This document shows, piece by piece, positions 57,046-64,000 of a stretch of DNA of 64,000 nucleotides. Positions within the stretch are counted from its first letter, which is position 1; the number at the start of each line of letters is the position of its first letter. Below the pieces are notes generated by a model. The model saw only the letters and a list, made by a program, of their open reading frames with translations. It searched no databases and was not told the DNA's origin. Both the position numbers and the translations under genes were made by a program. Origin of the DNA: an uncultured Francisellaceae bacterium (GTDB lineage: Bacteria > Pseudomonadota > Gammaproteobacteria > UBA6186 > Azoamicaceae); contig CAIJNR010000106.1 in the NCBI GenBank assembly GCA_903822055.1, positions 2,297 through 66,296 of the forward strand, in the 5' to 3' direction.

Positions 57046-57339
57046 AAATAAACACTCCTTGTATAATTTAATATTTTTTAGTCGCTTAATTATTCATTCT
57101 CCAAGTACTAAAAATCACTAACCCTTGTTACTTGCTTGAAACGTAAGTGGTTTCATGTTGGTTTTCAATTTTATAACTAACTTTGTTGAGTAAAAAGATT
57201 GCAATCTAAACAACAGTCTTAGTGTAATTGATCTTTTTGGCATGTGCAACTTTAAAGTTATACATACATTTAAATTGACTTGCACTTTGTGTAATACTGA
57301 GTAAATGGTGAATAAAAAACTAGAATCATTTATAGAACC

Positions 57340-57879
57340 ATGCTAAATAAACATGAAACTTTAAACTTTTACTGTTTTAGGAACTTAATTTTGACTAAAT
57401 CACCAATAGATTTACAAACAAGAATCCGCGATGGATTTTCCAAGCGATTGATTTACATACTAAAAAAACGAGGACATACCTCAACTAAAGCACATAGCGG
57501 CGTTAGTGCAAAAGCAGTTTCTGAAGCATTGGGATGCTCTTTTACTATGGCTAGGAAATATCTTGCCGGACAGTCTTTGCCAGAAAACAAAACTATGGAG
57601 GTATTATCCAATTGGCTTAATGTAGATGTTTGGTGGTTGTTATATGGGGATAAAGATTCTCCCGCCATCACTACGATTGATAAAGGTCTATTGGCTGATA
57701 TATTAAAAGCATCAAAACATGTTTTAATTCAGCATCAACAAAATTGGGATCATATAGTAGACAGCATTCTAAAAATTTATGACAGTATTTCTGAACTAGA
57801 AGGAACCAAAGAAAACAAAAAAAACTCTATACAACTTATGTTAGATTTCCTATTCAAAAGCCTATCTACTTCAAATTAA
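57340..57879 (+). CDS. HTH (Cro/C1-like) DNA-binding protein divergent from traA, candidate transfer regulator
   Basis: 179 aa. ..VSAKAVSEALGCSFTMARKYLAGQSLPE.. HTH. Confidence 0.6.
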   Translation: MLNKHETLNFYCFRNLILTKSPIDLQTRIRDGFSKRLIYILKKRGHTSTKAHSGVSAKAVSEALGCSFTMARKYLAGQSLPENKTMEVLSNWLNVDVWWLLYGDKDSPAITTIDKGLLADILKASKHVLIQHQQNWDHIVDSILKIYDSISELEGTKENKKNSIQLMLDFLFKSLSTSN

Positions 57880-58421
57880 TTTTCAGTATACATTAATGTT
57901 TTTAGGTTAGACATTCTCTCTGGAAACAAAATACCATTAAGATGATCTAGTTCGTGTTGAATAATTCTAGCTTCAAATCCGTCTGCTGTTCTTTCTAGCA
58001 ATTCACCATTTATAGTTTGAGATTTAAATTTTATACTGGTTGATCTGGAAACTAATCCTCTGATATTAGGTATGCTCAAACAACCTTCATAGAAATCATT
58101 TGTCTCTTTAGAAAAAAAATAAATTTCAGGGTTAATTAAAACAGTTTTTTCAATTGCTTTAACATCAGGGTAACGTGAGTTTTTACTAAATCCATACGCA
58201 AAAATTCGCCACTCCTCCCCTATTTGCGGCGCAGCAATTCCTACTCCACGATAATGTTCTAAATTAAAAAATAAATGTTCGATCAATTCATTTAATTCTT
58301 TAGTTCCAAAATGATCAACAACCTTAGATGGTGATTTTAAAATGGAGTTTCCAGCCTTAACTATTGTTGCAGCTTGCATATTTGTTCTATACCTTCTAAT
58401 GATATCTGTGATTTCAAGCAT
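57876..58421 (-). CDS. def: peptide deformylase
   Basis: All three PDF motifs are present: ..GVGIAAPQIG.., ..EGCLSIP.., ..QHELDHLNG... The internal ATG at 58379 is an alternative start. Confidence 0.9.
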   Translation of the reverse strand: MLEITDIIRRYRTNMQAATIVKAGNSILKSPSKVVDHFGTKELNELIEHLFFNLEHYRGVGIAAPQIGEEWRIFAYGFSKNSRYPDVKAIEKTVLINPEIYFFSKETNDFYEGCLSIPNIRGLVSRSTSIKFKSQTINGELLERTADGFEARIIQHELDHLNGILFPERMSNLKTLMYTEN

Positions 58422-59686
58422 CGTAATTTATTAGTTTTATAATAAGTAATATATAAAATTACTATACCTACTATGCTGGACAAAGAAAGATATATACCTG
58501 GAGAGATCTTGTTCCCAGAAAATTCAATCAAAGCAATAGATACGACAGGAACTGTGCTACCAAAAATTGCCATACTAGTATTAAACACAAAAGAAACACC
58601 AGTATATCTTCTATTTACTGGAAAAACTTTTAATAATACCCCAAACATTGGTGCAGCTATAAACGACACCACAACACCAAAACAAAAATGCCCCAAAATA
58701 ATAAAAAAAGGTTGACCACAAGATAACAACACAAAAACAGGACATCCAATTATTAAACAAGCAATTAACCCTATTAGCAATATTTTTTCATGTCCAACAT
58801 GGTCAGACAATTTACCAACAACAGGTACTAAGCATGAGATAAAACATAAAGACATACTTGATAAAAATAAACTTTTTTTCAAGCACACTCCCATGGTATC
58901 TGTTAAATAATTAGGCAAAAAAATAGTGTACATATATATTGGAACAGCTAAAGACATCACTAACAAGATCATCAGTAGCGCATCATTCCATTGCTTGTGA
59001 AATGTATCATAGACTGGACGCTCGCTTAACTCGTTACTGTTTTTTGCTATCTTAAACTCCAAAGACTCTTCACCATTTATACGTAAAAATAAAGATAGAG
59101 TTCCCAATATAATTGACAACAAAAACGGTATCCTCCACCCAAAGTCATGCATCGATTGTTCCGTCAAGCAAGAAGAAACAATAAAACAAACTAGCGAACC
59201 CAATAAAACACCAAAATATGAACTAGCAAGCACTAAGGAACCAACAAATCCATTCTTATTGGTTCCAAGGTTTTCTGACAAATATACTGCTACTCCACTT
59301 TGCTCGCCACTAACTGCAAACCCTTGAATCAACCTACAAATAATTAATAATATTGGTGCTAGCAATTTTATTGAACTATATGTTGGCAAAAGACCGATAC
59401 ATGCTGTTGCTATTGTAATAATTAAGATTGATTGTAATAAAGCGATTTTCCTTCCGCATTTATCTCCAACATAACCAAAAATCATTGCTCCAATCGGTCT
59501 TGTAAGATATCCACTAGCAAATACGCTAAACATTAACAACTTGGAGATAAATTGATTGTTGTGTGGAAAAAAATTTATAGCAATATATTTTGATAAGTAT
59601 GCGTATATAATGAAATCGAAAAACTCCATTATATTTCCCATTAAAGCCCCAACAATAAACCACCTTTTTGTTTTAAGGTTGTCCAT
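58361..59686 (-). CDS. MFS transporter (ProP-like)
   Basis: 441 aa, 12 hydrophobic segments, ..RPIGAMIFGYVGDKCGRK... Confidence 0.85.
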   Translation of the reverse strand: MDNLKTKRWFIVGALMGNIMEFFDFIIYAYLSKYIAINFFPHNNQFISKLLMFSVFASGYLTRPIGAMIFGYVGDKCGRKIALLQSILIITIATACIGLLPTYSSIKLLAPILLIICRLIQGFAVSGEQSGVAVYLSENLGTNKNGFVGSLVLASSYFGVLLGSLVCFIVSSCLTEQSMHDFGWRIPFLLSIILGTLSLFLRINGEESLEFKIAKNSNELSERPVYDTFHKQWNDALLMILLVMSLAVPIYMYTIFLPNYLTDTMGVCLKKSLFLSSMSLCFISCLVPVVGKLSDHVGHEKILLIGLIACLIIGCPVFVLLSCGQPFFIILGHFCFGVVVSFIAAPMFGVLLKVFPVNRRYTGVSFVFNTSMAIFGSTVPVVSIALIEFSGNKISPGIYLSLSSIVGIVILYITYYKTNKLRCLKSQISLEGIEQICKLQQ

Positions 59687-59692
59687 GCAAAT

Positions 59693-60298
59693 TTAACTCC
59701 TGTTGTTGAAAAAATTGTTTTTTCTAGATATAGTTGGTGGTTGATATCCAGCAGAATATTGTTCGTAAATAGATTTTATTTCTGAGTAACAATAATCCCC
59801 CATATCAACAAATGTGTTTTTATATCTTTCTATAACTTTTTTTATTTCAGGATCATTTTCCTTAGTCGCAAAAGAATATAACAAGTAAAAATCTTCTATT
59901 TCTTGTACAAATACAAATCCAAAATGCAAATTGTTTTTAACTTCTTTCTCTCTTTTAAGAACAGATCTCATTGTGGGAAAATAACAATCATCCCACCAAT
60001 AAAATGATTTATTTTCGTAAGTGTTTGGATGTATTGATGAATCATATAACCAAAGATCACTACTACACACATTGATTCCAGTGTGTGGTGTGGAAGATAA
60101 AAAAACCATTTCGCCAGATGGATTAACAATATTAATGGATAAATGATCAATTGCATTTAATCCTAATACTGCTGAATAGGCTTTTTTAATACATTTATAC
60201 TCATAAAGAGATATTGATAAAATATCTTTATGTAGCTTAGGTAATCGATGATGCTGTTTAAAAGGATCAGCAGTTGTGTTATCTCGCATAATATCCAT
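59693..60298 (-). CDS. hypothetical protein (no HTH; role unknown)
   Basis: 201-aa ORF with protein-like composition. I could not align it convincingly by eye to the N-terminal domain of the adjacent LuxR-type gene. Confidence 0.5.
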   Translation of the reverse strand: MDIMRDNTTADPFKQHHRLPKLHKDILSISLYEYKCIKKAYSAVLGLNAIDHLSINIVNPSGEMVFLSSTPHTGINVCSSDLWLYDSSIHPNTYENKSFYWWDDCYFPTMRSVLKREKEVKNNLHFGFVFVQEIEDFYLLYSFATKENDPEIKKVIERYKNTFVDMGDYCYSEIKSIYEQYSAGYQPPTISRKNNFFNNRS

Positions 60299-60454
60299 AT
60301 ATCTTGTTCCTAAAACCTAAACACCTATTATTTATTCGTTAAGTTTAATATTCATTAAATGTTACAGAAAAAATATAACTAAAAACATCACCACAAGCGA
60401 ATCATAATATTAATGTCAGGTCTAAAATCTACAGTATAAGTTGGTAAAACATGT

Positions 60455-61294
60455 TTACACTAACAAGTTTTGCGATCTAACTAGCTCGATTAATTTATAA
60501 TTATCCATTATTCCTGTCTTAAGTTTTATAGAATCAATATGTTTCCTGGCCGTAACAGGAGAAATCTTTAAAGTTTTTCCGATCTGTTTATACGGCATAC
60601 TTTGAGACAGATAGTATAAACATAATAATTCTTGATGAGAAATATATACATTGTCCAAAGTACCACTTAAAAAATAACGTTTAATGTTAGATTGCGCATA
60701 AATACTTAACGATTGATTTGAATTTTCATCCAACACTTTGGCAGAAGAAAATACTCCTTTAAACTCTCCATATGCTTCATTATTTATTATATCTGCTTCC
60801 TTCAAACTGTTTTGAAAACAATTGATAAAACTCAAAAAAACATTTTGATCATTTAAAAATAAAGAACACAATTCTTCGTTGCTGTTGGCTCCAACAAATG
60901 CCCAAGTTTGTATTGCTTTCTCTGTTCTTCTTATAACAGTTAATCCATTACGCAAATTTATATCATGTAATGCTATCCCAACCTGATCGGTAGGATTGTT
61001 TGGCCAAATAAAAAAATGATTATTATTTAACTTTGCCTGATGCATTGATGTATAAAAACAATCACTAAATTTCCCCAGACTTAAGAAAACATCAGCCATA
61101 TTCTGCTGGTTAGATAAAAATCTTGCTTTATTTTGATTTGCCAACAGTTCAATGTAAACAAATTTTTTAATCGGATACTTCATAATCAGCGGTTGAAGAG
61201 TCTCTTGTACAAAAGATGTATTTTCATTATGAAACGCTACTGCTTGATTGTTGTTATTGTTCACAAGATAACATCTCCATCTGTTTAGGATCAA
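60455..61294 (-). CDS. LuxR/GerE-family transcriptional regulator
   Basis: 279 aa. C-terminal ..ISHQELLCLYYLSQSMPYKQIGKTLKISPVTARKHIDSIKLKTG.. HTH. Confidence 0.8.
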   Translation of the reverse strand: MILNRWRCYLVNNNNNQAVAFHNENTSFVQETLQPLIMKYPIKKFVYIELLANQNKARFLSNQQNMADVFLSLGKFSDCFYTSMHQAKLNNNHFFIWPNNPTDQVGIALHDINLRNGLTVIRRTEKAIQTWAFVGANSNEELCSLFLNDQNVFLSFINCFQNSLKEADIINNEAYGEFKGVFSSAKVLDENSNQSLSIYAQSNIKRYFLSGTLDNVYISHQELLCLYYLSQSMPYKQIGKTLKISPVTARKHIDSIKLKTGIMDNYKLIELVRSQNLLV

Positions 61295-61613
61295 ATGAAG
61301 GAGTGCAAGATATAAACATGGTACACCTTATTCCTTGTAATGTATGCGTTTTTCCTGGAGATACAATGTACATATCTTTCTCATTTAATTCGTACGTTTT
61401 TTCGTCTTCTTTTATAATCAGTTTACCAGAAACAACAAAAAACAATTCCGTAAACGTTTTGTTAACTTTTGGTCCAAAAATACCATTAAGTTCCGCTATA
61501 GCACCATCCATAGGCAAGTTGTGTGGGTCATGACACATATCATAAACCGTTAAATTATTATTAATTTCATTTTTGCTCGCATTAGCCCATAAAAATCGCA
61601 TTAAAAACTCCAA
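61254..61613 (-). CDS. cupin-domain protein
   Basis: 119 aa. ..ELFFVVSGKLII...Y.L...DMYIVSPGKTHTLQG.. is a cupin_2-like two-motif pattern. Confidence 0.6.
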   Translation of the reverse strand: MEFLMRFLWANASKNEINNNLTVYDMCHDPHNLPMDGAIAELNGIFGPKVNKTFTELFFVVSGKLIIKEDEKTYELNEKDMYIVSPGKTHTLQGIRCTMFISCTPSFDPKQMEMLSCEQ

Positions 61614-61620
61614 AAAACAT

Positions 61621-63012
61621 TCAATCTATAACCTTGTTTGTTAAAACACCTTCACTTAAAATTTGCTTACGTTTTTGCGGCCACACAATAGTGTTAAAGT
61701 ATTCTTTCGCAAGCTCTAATGCTTTTTTTCTTTTTGATACTTGATACAGTTTTTCTGGCATACCATTGGGACGAATATCATTGTCTTGATTAAAGCTAAA
61801 AAGTTCTTCATCTGGTAATGTATCTAACCATTCTTGCAAAGCAAAGCTTTTTGCCATAGTTTCCATCTCTAACAATTTTAAATTCTTTTTTTCTTGCGAT
61901 AATAAATATTCCTTCATAGATTCTTCACGAGGCGTTAAAACTTTGTCTGGAGTTTTACTAGAATACGGTTGTCCTTTCTTTAACAAATAAGTAAGGACTA
62001 CCGCAGGAGGACGTTTAAAATCATTTGCTGCGTTGTTATATTTTAAATCAAACGCTAACGAGTTTATAGAATTTTGAATAATTTCAGCAGATAAAGATAA
62101 TTCTGGTTTTTGAACATATTCTCTATGGATCTGTATTATGTGAGATTCATCAAAACCTATTTCTGCTAATGAAGAATAATCAATATGCTTAAAATCTTCC
62201 GGAAGGTTAGTAGTATTATTAATATAACTACTACTAACTATAGAACTGGTTGTGTTTGGTTTTGTGTTGCTTTCCGTACCTAGTTTGTGTCTGGTTTGTG
62301 TAAATGATAGAGACAAATCATTATTAAATAGTTCTTGATATACTGGATCTGGGATTCTAAAAATAACCCATCCAGATCTGCCGGCCTTCACTTCTTCCCT
62401 AATCAAAAAATTTTTTTTAATTAATCGCGTTAATGAAGTTTTTATGCTGCCTTTTTCAATAGATGCGTTTTCATGAATGCTTTCTATGTTTAATGGAGGA
62501 GTAGTTTTTATGCCCTGTATTTTACATAAATCATATATATAAAAAAGTAATTTTCGTTGGCTGCCGACTATGGTATTTACATTTATTTTTACAGCAGTTT
62601 GTTGAGTTCCATTTGTGTCTATATTTGTGTCTGGTTTAGTGTCTCGTTTGTGCCCTGTTTGTGTCTCGTTTGTGTTAAGTTCGTGTTGGGTTTTTGTTAT
62701 GTTTGTGTCCGGTTTGTGGTTCAATGGAGCGATATTTGTGTCTGGTTTGAGTCTTGTTTGTGTTCTGTCCTGGTAACTGTTACCAACAGGTTGCGATGTC
62801 TTGAGTGAGTTTGCTTCTGGTTGTTTACCGTTATAATTGGAGTTTAAATTTAATAAGGATTCATCACTGCTACTTTTGGTGGGGTGTGAAGTATCAAGTA
62901 CTTTTTCGGAACGATCTGGGTCATCAAATGGCCTGAAGTGACTATATTGTCTTTTGAAAGTCTTCTTTGTAGCATTTAAGTGCTTTTGAAATATTTCATC
63001 TGTTAAAGCCAT
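61621..63012 (-). CDS. winged-helix DNA-binding protein downstream of parA (candidate partition or replication protein)
   Basis: 463 aa. Central ..QRKLLFYIYDLCKIQG....IESIHENASIEKGSIKTSLTRLIKKNFLIREEVKAGRSGWVIFRI.. wHTH-like region. The Thr/Asn/Lys-rich flanks are encoded by 11-bp DNA repeats. Confidence 0.6.
   Translation of the reverse strand: MALTDEIFQKHLNATKKTFKRQYSHFRPFDDPDRSEKVLDTSHPTKSSSDESLLNLNSNYNGKQPEANSLKTSQPVGNSYQDRTQTRLKPDTNIAPLNHKPDTNITKTQHELNTNETQTGHKRDTKPDTNIDTNGTQQTAVKINVNTIVGSQRKLLFYIYDLCKIQGIKTTPPLNIESIHENASIEKGSIKTSLTRLIKKNFLIREEVKAGRSGWVIFRIPDPVYQELFNNDLSLSFTQTRHKLGTESNTKPNTTSSIVSSSYINNTTNLPEDFKHIDYSSLAEIGFDESHIIQIHREYVQKPELSLSAEIIQNSINSLAFDLKYNNAANDFKRPPAVVLTYLLKKGQPYSSKTPDKVLTPREESMKEYLLSQEKKNLKLLEMETMAKSFALQEWLDTLPDEELFSFNQDNDIRPNGMPEKLYQVSKRKKALELAKEYFNTIVWPQKRKQILSEGVLTNKVID
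62249..62301. repeat. five phased 11-12-bp TTTGTGT-type repeats
   Basis: Units start at about 62250, 62261, 62271, 62284 and 62295. Confidence 0.8.
62612..62763. repeat. array of about 13 phased 11-bp TTTGTGTCTNG-type repeats
   Basis: Units start at 62612, 62624, 62635, 62647, 62658, 62669, 62680, 62691, 62702, 62713, 62735, 62746 and 62757. Confidence 0.85.
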
Positions 63013-63057
63013 TTAATTTTACCCACCTCTATGTTCGGGTTAATTCGTTTGTTTATA

Positions 63058-64000
63058 TCAATGTTTTTCTGGGGAAATTTTCTTCCACAGTGCAACCATC
63101 AATTCAAAATAATCTTGAGAAAGCGGACTGTTAACGTCATGCTCTATTACACTTTTCCGCAATAGAATAGCTTCCTGTCCTTTTACTGCTCTTCTTATTG
63201 GGTTTGGTATAATATTTTCTCCGTATTCATTTAAATAAGCCCCATAAATTTGCTGGCTTAATTTCGTTTTTTCTAAAAGCGTAGGAACAAGAAAAAAATG
63301 TTCCCACGATAACTTCATTGTGTCTCTAAATTCAGACAGAGTTGTAAGATTTGTTTGAAGGGAATGATATGTGCCTATTTCGCATCCAACTGGTGATATA
63401 ACTACATGAGCGGCAGTTAGGGCATTTTCTATTAGCATGTTCCAGCTTGGAGAATTATCTATTACTATTACATCATATTGCGATAGATGGCTTATTATTT
63501 TATCTTTTAAAATATACTCTCTTCTTTTTTCGTCTCGTATTTTTTTTTCTAAAACATTTAGATCTGGAGTTTCTGGTATTACGCTTAAAGTTGGTAAATT
63601 AGTGCTTTTTATTACTTGTTTTAACGGAGCCTTCTCATACAAACTGTGATAAATACCTAAATGTTGATCGCTAGATTCTTCTAAACTTTCGGCTTCTATT
63701 GGCGGAATGCATATATCTGTAATAGAGCATTGTATATCTAAACCAATAATTAATGTTTTTAGTCCATTGAGCGCTAATATTCTTGCTATATTGTATGCGA
63801 GAGTCGTTTTTAATACGCCGCCTTTTGCAGTATATAAACAAATAATTTTTTGGTTAGCAGGTTTTTTTATAAAGCCAAATTTTTCGCCTATTAAAGGTAA
63901 TTGTTCGGTTGTCCATAATCTAACTTGCGTTTTACCTCTTTCTTTGCGCGTTGATAAGGGTATTTCGCCTCTTTTCTCTGCATTAAATAATGTTTGTTTG
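63058..64000 (-). CDS. parA: ParA/SopA-type (type Ia-like) partition ATPase, N-terminus beyond window
   Basis: The frame stays open upstream of the ORF-track TTG (63642) to the window edge. My translation gives ..KIICLYTAKGGVLKTTLAYNIA.. (deviant Walker A KGGxxK[ST]), preceded by an N-terminal extension. Confidence 0.85.
   Translation of the reverse strand, partial: KQTLFNAEKRGEIPLSTRKERGKTQVRLWTTEQLPLIGEKFGFIKKPANQKIICLYTAKGGVLKTTLAYNIARILALNGLKTLIIGLDIQCSITDICIPPIEAESLEESSDQHLGIYHSLYEKAPLKQVIKSTNLPTLSVIPETPDLNVLEKKIRDEKRREYILKDKIISHLSQYDVIVIDNSPSWNMLIENALTAAHVVISPVGCEIGTYHSLQTNLTTLSEFRDTMKLSWEHFFLVPTLLEKTKLSQQIYGAYLNEYGENIIPNPIRRAVKGQEAILLRKSVIEHDVNSPLSQDYFELMVALWKKISPEKH

Noticed and set aside
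57046-57339. oriT in the traA upstream region (the F-like position), including the palindrome AACTTTAAAGTT near 57250.
   Set aside because: I saw only short AT-rich palindromes there, with no GTGT/GCGT nick-like core and no GC-containing hairpin. The region more likely holds the divergent tra and regulator promoters. It is not excluded, and is listed as the main alternative to the 31.4-kb candidate.

Overview
This is a low-GC (roughly 30-35%) bacterial window, and all family calls come from reading the translations; no searches were run. Positions 1-7 kb hold an edge-truncated IS4-family transposase, a MATE efflux gene and divergently transcribed carA/carB. Positions 7-18 kb hold two divergent, tightly overlapping operons that look like an uncharacterised sugar or small-molecule tailoring cluster. 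They encode a class II aldolase, a histidine phosphatase, a NodU/CmcH-type carbamoyltransferase, three radical-SAM (SPASM/twitch-like) enzymes, an SDR epimerase, a GT4 glycosyltransferase and a WG-repeat protein. Positions 18-25.5 kb are accessory: an RI-type LRR protein with an N-myristoylation-like start, a TumE/TumA-like pair, SEC-C, XRE, HAD-like, MFS and HD (RelA/SpoT-hydrolase-like) genes. Positions 25.6-31.4 kb are a minus-strand group II intron. Its RT gene carries an in-frame TAG and is split by a three-tyrosine-recombinase (RIT-type) element with structured inverted repeats. The intron appears to sit in an F-like oriT nick core, next to a phased GGGATA repeat array and an RHH gene. 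Positions 31.7-57 kb are a complete F-type (MPF-F) conjugation operon running from traA to traI. It also contains a Sel1-repeat gene, a relic traI 5' end, and a pair of long antisense ORFs between traG and traD. Positions 57-64 kb carry an HTH regulator, def, an MFS gene, LuxR-type genes, a cupin, a wHTH protein gene containing 11-bp phased repeat arrays, and an edge-truncated type Ia-like parA. The overall picture is a conjugative plasmid or integrated element of an intracellular or amoeba-associated bacterium (Legionellales-like), but the taxon is a guess.
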